This document shows, piece after piece, positions 47,842 through 57,131 of a DNA stretch of 64,000 bases. The DNA lies in the NCBI GenBank assembly GCA_963758635.1, contig CAVWWD010000003.1, forward strand, positions 896,001-960,000, read 5' to 3'. Below the pieces are notes generated by a model. That model saw only the letters and a program-made list of their open reading frames with translations. It ran no database searches and was not told where the DNA came from. The number at the start of each line of letters is the position of its first letter. Within the stretch, counting starts at the first letter, position 1. Both the position numbers and the translations under genes were made by a program. Origin of the DNA: an uncultured Candidatus Rokubacteria bacterium. GTDB lineage: Bacteria > Methylomirabilota > Methylomirabilia > Rokubacteriales > CSP1-6.

Positions 47842-47905
47842 ATGATACAGAAGGGTCCGGAAACGTGTCAATCAATTGACACCGAAAGCAGTCGCGCCGT
47901 ATAAG
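47842..47905. promoter_or_regulatory. Back-to-back divergent sigma70-like promoters for tolQ (TTGACA-N18-TATCAT) and lgt (TTGACA-N18-TATAAG)
   Basis: GTGTCAAT-CA-ATTGACAC inverted repeat provides both -35 boxes. Confidence 0.7.
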
Positions 47906-48012
47906 CTGGCGAAGGGTTTTTCCATGCTCATCCCCGCGCACTCCCGTCGTTCGACGCGCCCCACGCCGCCCGTATTCCGCCCGGAGGCGGTGAAAGCGCG
48001 GCCGGCGCGCCC

Positions 48013-48798
48013 ATGATGTTCCGCTCGCCGGGCCCGATCGCCTTCCAGATCGGCCCGTTCAGCCTCCGCTGGTACGGAATCCTGATGGCCACCGCGATGG
48101 CGCTCGGCCTCTGGCTCGCGTACCGCGACGCGCAGCGCCGCCACCTGGATCCCGAGAGCCTCCTGAAGGCCGCGGAGCTCGCGCTCCTCGGCGGCCTCGT
48201 GGGCGCCCGCCTCTACTACGTGCTGTTCAACCTCGACCACTACCTCCCGAACCCGGCCAAGATCGTCGCGGTGTGGGAGGGGGGGCTCGCGATCCACGGC
48301 GGCGTGATCGGGGGCATCCTCGTCGGGGGCGGCTACGCGATGCGCCGGGGGCTCCCGGTGGCGAAGTACCTCGACATCGCGGCGCCGAGCCTGGCCCTCG
48401 GGCAGGCGATCGGGCGCTGGGGCAACTTCTTCAACGAGGAGGCCTTCGGCACCCCCACGGAGCTGCCGTGGAAGCTCTTCATCTCGCCCGCGCACCGGCC
48501 CCTGATCTACGCCCAGGACCAGTTCTTCCACCCCACGTTCCTGTACGAGTCGCTCTGGGACCTGGGCGTGTTCGCGATCGTCTACTGGGTCCTCCGCGAC
48601 CGGTTCGCCCGGGCGCCGGGGGCGCTGTTCCTCGCCTACGTCGGTCTCTACTCGCTAGGCCGCTTCGTGACCGAGGGGATCCGCACCGATCCCCTGATGC
48701 TCGGGCCGCTCCGCATCGCCCAGGTGGTGAGCGTGCTCGGCGTCGCCGCCGCGATCGTGGCCGTCCCGCTCCTGCTCCGGCGCGCCCGCCAGGCGTAA
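48013..48798 (+). CDS. lgt: Prolipoprotein diacylglyceryl transferase
   Basis: LRWYG, GARLYY, GGLAIHGG, GQAIGRWGNFFN.E.FG, HPTFLYES. Confidence 0.96.
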   Translation: MMFRSPGPIAFQIGPFSLRWYGILMATAMALGLWLAYRDAQRRHLDPESLLKAAELALLGGLVGARLYYVLFNLDHYLPNPAKIVAVWEGGLAIHGGVIGGILVGGGYAMRRGLPVAKYLDIAAPSLALGQAIGRWGNFFNEEAFGTPTELPWKLFISPAHRPLIYAQDQFFHPTFLYESLWDLGVFAIVYWVLRDRFARAPGALFLAYVGLYSLGRFVTEGIRTDPLMLGPLRIAQVVSVLGVAAAIVAVPLLLRRARQA

Positions 48799-48812
48799 AC
48801 GCCGGCCGGACC

Positions 48813-49604
48813 GTGCACTTCGCGTTCCTCGGCACGTCCAGCGCGCTTCCGTCGCCCCGTCGCGACAACACCGCGATGGTGTTCGTGGGGCGGAGCGACT
48901 CCGTCCTCGTCGATTGCGGCGGCAGCCCGCTGCAGAAGCTGCTCCTCGCCGCGGTGGATCCCGCCACCCTGGCCCACGTGGTGATCACCCACCTCCACGT
49001 GGACCACGCCTACGGTCTCCCCGCGCTGGTGCAGAGCCTGATCCTGACGCGACGCGAGGCGCCCCTCACGGTGTCGTGCCGCGAGGAGCACGTCGAGCCG
49101 CTGCGGGCCGTCCTGGGCGCGTTCGGGCTTCTCGGCCGCCCGGGCGCGTTCCCGCTCGAGCTCGTCGGGGTGCCGGCGCGGCAGGGCGCGCCGGTGGCGG
49201 CCACCGCGTCGTTCAGGATCACCGCCGCGCCGAACGATCACGGGACCATGCCGAACCTCGCCGTCCGCGTCGAGGCGGCAGGCGGGGGCACGGTCGTGTA
49301 CTCCTCCGACACCGCGCCGTGCGACGCCGTCGTGGAGCTCGCGCGGGGCGCGGAGACGCTCGTCCACGAGGCCACGTTCACCGCCGCCCGCGAGTCGCCG
49401 CGGGTCGGCGCGCACTCCACGGCCGCCGAGGCGGGCGAGATCGCGGCGCGCGCGGGCGTCCGGCGGCTGATCCTGACCCACATCGACCCGGCCTTCCACG
49501 ACGACCCGGCATCGCTCGTCCGCGAGGCGGCCGCGCGCTTCCCGGGCGAGGTGGAGATCGCCGAGGAGCTCGTGCCGTATCCCATTCCGGCCCGCGCGTC
49601 ATGA
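48813..49604 (+). CDS. RNase Z-like MBL-fold hydrolase
   Basis: FLGTSS..P, LVDCG, THLHVDH, YSSDT, VHEAT, HST, LTH. Confidence 0.82.
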   Translation: MHFAFLGTSSALPSPRRDNTAMVFVGRSDSVLVDCGGSPLQKLLLAAVDPATLAHVVITHLHVDHAYGLPALVQSLILTRREAPLTVSCREEHVEPLRAVLGAFGLLGRPGAFPLELVGVPARQGAPVAATASFRITAAPNDHGTMPNLAVRVEAAGGGTVVYSSDTAPCDAVVELARGAETLVHEATFTAARESPRVGAHSTAAEAGEIAARAGVRRLILTHIDPAFHDDPASLVREAAARFPGEVEIAEELVPYPIPARAS

Positions 49605-50410
49605 CCGGCCCGGCGGGGACGGGCGGCGGCGAGGAGCCTCGAAAAGGCATGAGCCGGCGGCCGTTTCTACTTCGATTTCCATGTGCGCTCGGCTCGCCTG
49701 CGGCTCACCTCGCGAGCGCTATACGCAGCCGGGACGGCCGCCACCGGCTCTACGCCCGCGACAGCCGGGACCTGTCTCCGATCGCCACCGGGAGCGTCGG
49801 CGTCATCGTGACCTCACCGCCCTACTGGCAGTCCGGACGCGGGGTTGCCGCGGCCGATCGCTACGCGAGGACGCTCGCCGAGCGGTTCAGCCCGGAGTGG
49901 CGCCGCGTGCTCTCGCCCGGGGGAGATCTCTGGATCGTCATCGGCGACCGTCACGACGGCCGCGAATGGGCGGGGATCGACGGCCTCCTCACGAGCTGGC
50001 TCAGGCAAGCGGGGTTCGGGCTTCAGGCCAAGGGGTGCTGGGCCCAGACACGCTCGCGCGAGCGGTGGTACGACCGCATCAACCACGTCCTTCGCTTCCG
50101 GAAGGCCCGCCGGCGCGCGCGGCCCACCTCCACGACGCTCGCCTGGATGCTGCCGCTCCCGCGCTCCCATCGCGAGAGCCAATGGGACGCCACGCCGGAC
50201 CCGATCATCCGGACGGCCATCTCGGAGAGCGCCCGGCGCGGCGCCGTCCTCGATCCGTTCGCGGGCGCGGGCACGGTGGGGCTCGTCGCCGCAGCCATGG
50301 GACGAGCCTGGATCGGCGTGGAGCGCGATCCGAAGATGGCTGCCCTGGCCGCCCGCCGGCTCGGCCTTCGTCCGATAACGGGCCCCGGAGCGCGTCCCGC
50401 CGGCGTGTAA
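49601..50410 (+). CDS. Orphan beta-class amino-DNA methyltransferase (N4-C-like); start 49601 or 49649
   Basis: Motif IV TSPPY precedes motif I VLDPFAGAGT and WIGVE. Confidence 0.78.
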   Translation: MTGPAGTGGGEEPRKGMSRRPFLLRFPCALGSPAAHLASAIRSRDGRHRLYARDSRDLSPIATGSVGVIVTSPPYWQSGRGVAAADRYARTLAERFSPEWRRVLSPGGDLWIVIGDRHDGREWAGIDGLLTSWLRQAGFGLQAKGCWAQTRSRERWYDRINHVLRFRKARRRARPTSTTLAWMLPLPRSHRESQWDATPDPIIRTAISESARRGAVLDPFAGAGTVGLVAAAMGRAWIGVERDPKMAALAARRLGLRPITGPGARPAGV

Positions 50411-50518
50411 GACTTGCCTGGGCCGTGCCACTTTGGCACGGCAACGCTGTTCCAAGTTCCTCGCGAGCAGCTTCCAAGGCATTGCCACATCTTGCCGATT
50501 CGGTGCGGCGGCCCTGCG

Positions 50519-50534
50519 TGGCATGGGCGTTGCT
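50519..50534 (+). promoter_or_regulatory. sigma54 promoter TGGCATG-N4-TTGCT
   Basis: Near-consensus -24/-12; upstream inverted repeat CCGTGCCA-CTT-TGGCACGG at 50423-50441. Confidence 0.62.
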
Positions 50535-50609
50535 CCTCCAGGGACCCACGGCACGCCGGCCTTGCTGGCGCGCCGGACGACCTTCACAGCTTCCAAGGAG
50601 GATGTACCG

Positions 50610-51336
50610 ATGAGAGGCACGCGGATCAGCTTGGCGTTGATCGGGGCCGTGACGTTCCTGTCCGTCGGATGCGCGACGAGGGCGTACGTGCGGGAGCAGG
50701 TGCAGCCTACCCAGGCGCAGCTGGCCCAGACCAACCAGCGGGTCGACGCGCAGGAGACTCAGCTGAAGCAGAACGTCGAGCCTCTCCGAGACCAGCCGCA
50801 TGCGGCTCGACACCCTCGACGGGCGCATGGGCGAGACGCAGACGACGGCGAACCGCGCGGCCGCTCGCGCCGAGGAAGCGGCGGGCAGCGCGGCCGAGGC
50901 CAACCGGAAGGTCGACTCCGTGTCGGAGCAGGTACGCGACCTCGACGGGCGGCTCACGGCGCGGATCGCCAACCGCAACAAGTTCAGCTCCCTCGACACC
51001 CGCAGCATCTTCTTCGACTCCGGCAGGTCTGACCTGAAGGACGAGGGCATGACGATGCTCCTCGAGGTGGCCAAGGCCCTGAAGGAAGACCCCAACGCGA
51101 TCGTTGAGCTGCGCGGGCACACCGATGGTGTGGGCAACGAGCGGCAGAACGTGCTCCTCTCCCGGGAGCGCGTGGACGCCGTCGTGCGCTATCTCGTGCA
51201 GAAGGAAGGCGTCGAGCTGCGGCGCATCCACTCGGTGGGACTGGGCAAGGCCGTGCCCGTGGCCGATAACAACACCCGCGAGGGTCGCGCCAAGAACCGG
51301 CGGGTCGACGTGACGTTGCTGTCTCCCCAGAGCTGA
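50610..51336 (+). CDS. OmpA-family lipoprotein with coiled coil; frameshift near 50790
   Basis: AAGGAGG RBS; lipobox SVGC; IFFDSG, GHTD..G...N..LSRER, GRAKNRRV. Confidence 0.85.
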
Positions 51337-51364
51337 TCCGGGATCGGATCGGCGGAGCCCGCGG

Positions 51365-51970
51365 ATGAGGCGTGAGGGCGCCGTGCTCGCCCGGCGGATC
51401 GCGAGGCCGATGGTCGGGCTCGTGATCCTGCTCGGAACGGGCGCGTGCGTCCTCCCGCCGACCGCCGCGTTGCCGCCGGTGCAGCCGGTCAGCGCCGACG
51501 CGCGCGCGCTCCGCTACGGGGCCAGCGCGGCGGAGATCATGAATCATCCCGCGCTCCGCGACGGCGTCGTCGCGCTCTACCAGGCCGAGGGGATCCCGCG
51601 GAGCGGCCTCACCGCCCTCGGCGCCCCGCCCCCCGAGTTCTTCGCCCGGACCGAGTCGCTCCGGCTCCTGCGCGTCGGTGATCGCGTCTACATCGCCGCC
51701 GTCGGGTGCGCGCCCGCGGCCTGCGCGGCGCGCCGCGGCCTCCTGCTGGTGCGGGAGGACGGCGGGGAGCTCCTGTCGCGGCTGGACGAGGGGGGCTTCT
51801 CGCACTACTACGTCCACGGCGCCGGGGCCACTGCCGGCCCGGGCGTCCAGGCGCTTCTGGACGAGGCCTGGTACGTGTCGATGCGGGCCGCCGTCGTCGG
51901 CGTCGTCGTCGCCGGGCTCCGCTCGCTCGCCCTTCCGTCCCCCGCCGCTCGACCGTCCCCCGCCGGCTGA
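51365..51970 (+). CDS. Hypothetical lipoprotein
   Basis: Hydrophobic leader with GAC; coding-like codon bias; no family recognised. Confidence 0.55.
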   Translation: MRREGAVLARRIARPMVGLVILLGTGACVLPPTAALPPVQPVSADARALRYGASAAEIMNHPALRDGVVALYQAEGIPRSGLTALGAPPPEFFARTESLRLLRVGDRVYIAAVGCAPAACAARRGLLLVREDGGELLSRLDEGGFSHYYVHGAGATAGPGVQALLDEAWYVSMRAAVVGVVVAGLRSLALPSPAARPSPAG

Positions 51971-51992
51971 GCGCCCCGGCGCGCCGGGGCGC
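51971..51992. terminator. Perfect 22-nt palindrome between convergent genes
   Basis: GCGCCCCGGCGCGCCGGGGCGC. Confidence 0.5.
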
Positions 51993-51996
51993 CGGA

Positions 51997-52992
51997 TCAG
52001 TCCACGGAGCCGAAGCGCTCCTCGAGGACCGCCAGCATCTCCTCGATCCGGTGCCGGAGCGTGTGCTCGGCGAGGGCCCGCTTGTGTCCTGCCTGGCCGA
52101 TGGCGCGCGCCTCGTCGGGATGCGCGAGGTGGTAGTCGATCACGCGTCGCAGCTCCGCGGGGTCGCGGTAGGTGAGCACCTCGCGGCCCGGGGCGAAGAG
52201 GCTCGCCAGCTCCTCGCGGTAGTCGGCCACCTGGCACGCGCCGCTCGCCGCCAGCTCGAAGGCGCGGCTGTTGACCGCGGCGATGTCGTTCATCGGGTGG
52301 TGGTGGTTCAGGAGCAGCGTCGAGCCCGAGTACACCGCGAGCTTCGCCCGTCCCCACACCGGCCCGCCCGCCGCCATGGCGCGCACGGTGGCCGAGGCCG
52401 CCCGCTCCCACCCCGTGCCCCAGAGGCGCAGGGGGTAGCCGCAGAGTTCCTGCACGAACCGCTCCCGGAACGCGTAGTGGCTGCCCACGAACGCCACCGG
52501 CGACGCGAAGCGCCGGGCCTCCTCGTCGGTCAAGTCGAGGGGATGATGGAACTCGGGGACGCAGTAGAGCGGCAGGTAGTGGAGGTTCCGGAGCCCCACC
52601 GACTCGAGGGCGCGGAGGGCATAGCGCTCCTTGGTGAAGAAGAGGTCGTATGGCTCGATGCACTCGAACGGCATCATCCACAGGGGGTTGTCGGGGAACA
52701 GGTTCAGGAAGCGGGTGTCGATGCGGCGCTTGACTCGCCCGATGAGCCCCGGCGTGATGGGCCCGCCCTTGACCACGAGCACGATGTGGGGCTCCCAGCG
52801 GAGGCACACGCGCTCGAGCCGCCGCAGGATCCAGAGCTGGTAGGCCGCCTTCGTGCCCCGGTTCTTGTAGAGCAGGTTGTCGCGACGATAGGCGAAGGTC
52901 TGCGCCTCGTGCCCCATGGCCCGGAGCTCGTCGCGGAAGTCCATGCCCATGTGCTCGGGGCGGGCGGAGGGGAGCACGATCAGCCAGCGCAT
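51997..52992 (-). CDS. CgeB-family glycosyltransferase
   Basis: VAFVGS.Y..RE, WGTGW, NSRAFE.AASGA, HT..HR. Confidence 0.85.
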   Translation of the reverse strand: MRWLIVLPSARPEHMGMDFRDELRAMGHEAQTFAYRRDNLLYKNRGTKAAYQLWILRRLERVCLRWEPHIVLVVKGGPITPGLIGRVKRRIDTRFLNLFPDNPLWMMPFECIEPYDLFFTKERYALRALESVGLRNLHYLPLYCVPEFHHPLDLTDEEARRFASPVAFVGSHYAFRERFVQELCGYPLRLWGTGWERAASATVRAMAAGGPVWGRAKLAVYSGSTLLLNHHHPMNDIAAVNSRAFELAASGACQVADYREELASLFAPGREVLTYRDPAELRRVIDYHLAHPDEARAIGQAGHKRALAEHTLRHRIEEMLAVLEERFGSVD

Positions 52993-53041
52993 CGGGGGGA
53001 GCCTATCACACGGGTCGAGGGCGCAGCGGCCCGTGCCGCGC

Positions 53042-54157
53042 TCAGCGGGCGGCGCGGGCGCGGGCGGCGATGAGGGGATTAGCGAGGGCGGCCGTTCCCA
53101 CCAGGACGGCCTCGGCGCCCGTGGCAAGGGCGGCCCGCACGCGCTCCGGCGTGGTGAGCCCGCCCTCGGCGAAGACAACCCGGCTCCACGCGCCCGCGCG
53201 GCGCCACGCCAGGAGCTCGTCGACCTGGACCCGGGAATGCTCGTACACGTCCGCGCCGGAGATGGCGGCCACCTCGCGTCCCGGTCCCGGGAACGCCGGG
53301 GTCCCGTCGGGCTTGACCACGCGGCGCTCGAGGCTCGAGACGAGCGCGAAGCCGTCGACCCAGGGCGCGAGGCGCCCCGCGAGCTCGTGGAGCGCCCGCG
53401 GACTCTGGGCGCTGCCGAGCCGGGCGACCACGGGGCGCGTCCCCACGGCGCGCCGCACCTGCTGGGCAACGTGGGCGGCCAGCGGCGGCTGCTCGAACAC
53501 CATCGGGGCGCGGTCGACGGTCGACGCCGGGCAGGCGAGGTGCACCTCGATCACGTCCGCCCCCGCCTCGCCGGCCCAGCGCGCGCACTCGGCGTAGTCC
53601 AGGGCGAGGCGCTCGCCATCGCCATCTGGCACCGGGGTGCCGGCCACGCTGACGCTCAGGAGCTGCGTCGCGGAGAGCCGGCTCTTGGCCCGGCGCACGT
53701 CGGCACGCCACTCGTCGGGCGCCGCCGACGGCAGGCCGAAGGACCACGCGAGGGTCACGCTCCCGGGGTCGGCCCGGCGGGGCGCCCGCGGCTCGATCAC
53801 CGCGGGGTCGCCGAAGTGGCAGAAGGCGAGGTTGGGCGGCGAGAAGGCCGCGCGAGCCACGCTCCGGACGGTCGCGTACGTGAGGAGGCCGTAGCCGAGC
53901 CGCGCGTAGCCCTGGATCCACCGCGCGTTCGGCAAGGGCCCCGCCGCCACGCCCACCGGACACTCCACCGGCAGGTCGAAGAGGCGGGTGGGCATCGGAG
54001 GAACCTTCCGCGGCCGCGCCGGGAGCCGGGGCGGGTGGGCCGCGTTCCACGCGTGCGAGCGCCCGGTGCGGTACGCGATCAGGTGCCGACCCTCCCACAA
54101 GGCGGTCGCTTCCGGCTGCTCTCGCAGGGGGAGCGGTTGGTTCCACGGCATTACCAT
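53042..54157 (-). CDS. Dihydroorotate dehydrogenase-like FMN TIM-barrel protein with degenerate motifs; start uncertain
   Basis: PVGVAAGP, TVRS, SFGLPS, IEVHLACP, ISG, GG.......A...GA.AV.VGTA. Confidence 0.7.
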   Translation of the reverse strand: MVMPWNQPLPLREQPEATALWEGRHLIAYRTGRSHAWNAAHPPRLPARPRKVPPMPTRLFDLPVECPVGVAAGPLPNARWIQGYARLGYGLLTYATVRSVARAAFSPPNLAFCHFGDPAVIEPRAPRRADPGSVTLAWSFGLPSAAPDEWRADVRRAKSRLSATQLLSVSVAGTPVPDGDGERLALDYAECARWAGEAGADVIEVHLACPASTVDRAPMVFEQPPLAAHVAQQVRRAVGTRPVVARLGSAQSPRALHELAGRLAPWVDGFALVSSLERRVVKPDGTPAFPGPGREVAAISGADVYEHSRVQVDELLAWRRAGAWSRVVFAEGGLTTPERVRAALATGAEAVLVGTAALANPLIAARARAAR

Positions 54158-54267
54158 ATCCGCTCCTCTCGGCTCCAGGCGGTTGGTTCCACGGCATTGC
54201 CATATTCGCTTCGCTCGCCTTCGGCTCGCTGCGCACTGCAAGTCGCCTCCGGCTCGCTTCGCACTGC
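54133..54267 (-). repeat. Dispersed repeat family A, copy 3, with tail duplicated at 46-nt period
   Basis: Reverse complement GTGCGAAGCGAGCCGGAGGC...GTGCGCAGCGAGCCGAAGGCGAGCGAAGCGAATATGGCAATGCCGTGGAACCAACCGC. Confidence 0.85.
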
Positions 54268-54288
54268 GGGTGTCATGGTGGGCGGCGC

Positions 54289-55279
54289 TCAGGCGAACGC
54301 CGGCAGGACCTCCTTCGCGAGCAGCGTCAGCTCGCGCATGATGTGGCGGTGCGGCATGCCGGGGAAGAACAGCCGGCAGATCAGGTGCGTGGCGCCGTAG
54401 CGCTCGACGAACGGCTTGAGGTCGCGGATCACCTGGTCGGGCCCGCCGATCAGGAACCGGTCCTTCTTGATCGGTGTCGAGGTCGGTGGCGATGGACGCG
54501 TCGATGAACGGATGCTTCCACCCGCCCGCGTACTCGCGCCGGTACGAGATCATGATGTGCCGCTCGGCGAGCTCGCGGGCCTCGGCGTCGGTGTCGGCGA
54601 TGATCACGTCGCGCGTGAGCGGCCACTCCGTCACCGGCTCGGCGCGGCCGGCGGCCGCGCGGTTGGCGAGGAACTGTTGCTTGCCCTGGAGCAGCCGCGC
54701 CAGGTCGGCGGTGGGGCCGGGGATCCAGTTGTCGGCGAGCGTGGCGGCGCGGCGCAGCGTGATGTCACCCCACCCGCCGATCCACACCGGCGGGTGCGGC
54801 TTCTGGACGGGCTTGGGCTCGAGCCGGCCCGTCACCTGGTAGTAGCGCCCGGCGAACGAGAAGCTGTCCTGCGTCCACAGGCCGCGGAGGATGGCGAGCT
54901 GCTCCTCGAAGCGGGCCCCGCGCCTGTCCAGGTCCACGCCGTAGAGCGCGAACTCGTCGGGCTTGTAGCCGATGGCCGCGCCCAGCACCACCCGGCCCCC
55001 CGAGATCACGTCGAGCATGGCCACGTCCTCGGCGAGCCGGACCGGATGGTGGAAGGGGGCGACGACGATGTCCGTCCCGAGCGTCATCCGGGACGTGCGG
55101 GTGGCGAACCCGGCGAGCACGGTGAGGGGAGAGGGCCAGTAGTGATCGACCACCGAGTGGTGCTCCTCCATCCACACGGAGTCGAACCCGAGGTCCTCGG
55201 CGCGGACGACCTCCTCGATCGCGTCGGTGTAGAAGTGTCCTCCCTCGATGGGGATGAACCCGACCTTGAGCCTCGCCAT
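54289..55279 (-). CDS. LLM-class flavin-dependent oxidoreductase; frameshift near 54473
   Basis: GFDSVWMEEHH, HPVRLAED.A.LD.ISGGR, PKPVQKPHPPVWIGG, C-terminal LAKEVLPAFA. Confidence 0.88.
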
Positions 55280-55296
55280 GCCGGCCTGCCTCGGGC

Positions 55297-56214
55297 CTAT
55301 AGCTCGCCGGCCTCCTCGAGCGCCTGCTTCAGCCGCTGCCGGTCCTCGGGCCCCACGGGCGTGAGCGGCGGGCGCATGTGGCCGTGCTCGAGGATGCCCT
55401 GCATCACCAGGACTTCCTTGCAGCGCGCCCGGTAGTCGCGGATCGGCGTGGCGAAGATCGCGTCGACCAGGCGCTGGATGCGATCGCCCCGCTCCCGCGC
55501 CGTCGCCCAGTCGCCCCGCATGGCCGCGGCGTGCACGGCGACGTGGCTGGCCGTGGTCACCGCGCACGCCCCCAGCAGCGCGCCCTCGGCGCCGAGGAGG
55601 TACGACTCCCAGATGAAGTTGTCGTTGCCAGTGAGGATGGTGATGCGGCGAGGCGCGGAGCGGATCACGTCGACGATCTCGCGGAAGCGCTTGGCGTCGA
55701 AGAGGGCCTCCTTGATCGCCACCACCTGGGGGATCTCGATGAGCCGCGCCAGCGTCTCGTCCGCGAAGTTGGTGCCGCCCAGCGCGGGCTGGAGCGTGAA
55801 GATGACCATGGGCAGGCCCGCGGCGTCCGCGATGGCCTTGTGGTACGCGTACGGAACCTCCGCGGGGAGCGGCTGGCCCAGGTACGCGGTGATCGGGAAG
55901 ACGAGGAAGGCGTCGGCCCCCGCCTCGCGATAGTCCTTCGCGTACTTCACGGCCTGGGCGGTGAACGAGGCGCCGAGGCCGGCCACGATCGGGATGCCGC
56001 GCCCGGCCAGCTCCTCGCGGTAGATGGCGAGGACGCGGAGCCGCTCCTCGTGCCAGAGGTGCGGGCCCTCGCCCGTGTCCACGTTGACCGCCACCGCCTT
56101 GATCCCCTGACCGGCGATCCAGCGGATGTAGCGGCGCAGCGCGGGCTCGTCGATCTGCGCGTCCGCCGTCATCGGGAGGACGGTGGCGGGGACGATGCCG
56201 GCGAGGTCGAGCAT
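55297..56214 (-). CDS. DHDPS/NAL-family class I aldolase
   Basis: GIVPATVLP, TGEG, VVAIKEA Schiff-base Lys, LTGND, GAEGALLG, RPPL. Confidence 0.85.
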   Translation of the reverse strand: MLDLAGIVPATVLPMTADAQIDEPALRRYIRWIAGQGIKAVAVNVDTGEGPHLWHEERLRVLAIYREELAGRGIPIVAGLGASFTAQAVKYAKDYREAGADAFLVFPITAYLGQPLPAEVPYAYHKAIADAAGLPMVIFTLQPALGGTNFADETLARLIEIPQVVAIKEALFDAKRFREIVDVIRSAPRRITILTGNDNFIWESYLLGAEGALLGACAVTTASHVAVHAAAMRGDWATARERGDRIQRLVDAIFATPIRDYRARCKEVLVMQGILEHGHMRPPLTPVGPEDRQRLKQALEEAGEL

Positions 56215-56224
56215 GGCGGGGCTC

Positions 56225-56410
56225 GCACGCGTCGCTGGCGAGCTTGCCGTTCACGCCCCAGTTCGACTTCTCCACGTCCTGGAAGACGATGTGGACCTGG
56301 TCGGCGGTGGTCTTGCCGATCTTGACCATCGCCTCGGTGATGGCGGCGGTGATCTCGCGCTTCTGCTGGTCGGTGCGGCCCGCGTACCACTGGACGGTGA
56401 TGTTCGGCAT
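56225..56410 (-). CDS. 4-oxalocrotonate tautomerase family protein; stop apparently lost by an indel, end approximate
   Basis: MP start (catalytic Pro1), GRTDQQKREI, V.IVF.DV...NWG.NG. Confidence 0.85.
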
Positions 56411-56513
56411 GTGCGCCCCCTTGTCTCGCGGCGACGGCGAGGTGGATGGACCGACGGCGCGCATTATCCCACGTGCGGCGGCGCGGCGCCGCGCGGCGAG
56501 TTCGTGCGGCCGC

Positions 56514-56543
56514 TTGACGCCTCGGGCGCGTTCCGCCTAGGGT
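56514..56543 (+). promoter_or_regulatory. sigma70-like promoter TTGACG-N18-TAGGGT
   Basis: About 45 nt upstream of the cupin ATG. Confidence 0.5.
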
Positions 56544-56586
56544 GAACCAAGCGTTTTTCGATCGCCGTCCCGCGAGGAGGACAGCC

Positions 56587-56952
56587 ATGCCGGTTCCGGT
56601 CATGCACGGGTACGCGAGGCTCCGCGAGCTTCCGGAGGAGAAGATCGGCGACAAGATCACCCGCCGCATCGTGGTCGGCGAGAAGGGCATGATCGTGTTC
56701 TGGTCGATGAAGGCGGGCGCGCACGCCACGCGCCACCAGCATCCCCACGAGCAGATCTTCTGGATGATCTCCGGCCGCATGGAGTTCGACCTGGACGGCG
56801 ACAAGCGCACCTGCGTGGCCGGCGACTGCGGGGTCATCCCCGGCAACACGCCGCACGAGGCCTTCTTCCCGGAGGACACCGAGGTCATCGACGTGTTCTC
56901 GCCGCCGCGGGAGGACATGTTCACGGGGGACGACACCTACCTGCGGCGCTGA
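56587..56952 (+). CDS. Cupin-domain protein
   Basis: HQHPHEQ, IPGNTPH, DVFSPPRED; GAGGAGG RBS. Confidence 0.88.
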   Translation: MPVPVMHGYARLRELPEEKIGDKITRRIVVGEKGMIVFWSMKAGAHATRHQHPHEQIFWMISGRMEFDLDGDKRTCVAGDCGVIPGNTPHEAFFPEDTEVIDVFSPPREDMFTGDDTYLRR

Positions 56953-57131
56953 GGAATGGGGACAGCGTACCGGCGTCCGCGCGGCGGTCCGGGAGCGTTG
57001 GCGCTTGCGCTCGCCGGGCCTTCGGAGCCAGAGTGACGCGAGAAGGGACTCACCGGACGCTACCGACCTCCGGCGGGCGCCGCCCGCCGAGAGCGCAGCG
57101 AAGCGCTTGTCATCCACGAAGGAGAGGCGCG

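Noticed and set aside
49601..50410. Restriction-modification or defence island
   Set aside because: No nuclease or other defence gene is adjacent; the flanks are housekeeping and envelope genes.
53042..56464. 1140-aa ORF as a 4-OT/LLM/DHOD fusion protein
   Set aside because: Chance concatenation through frameshifts; it passes out of frame through the DHDPS-like gene and through repeat A.
56953..57131. Riboswitch or ncRNA before the cyclase gene
   Set aside because: GC-rich hairpins are present but no recognisable family motif; an Rfam/Infernal search would be needed.
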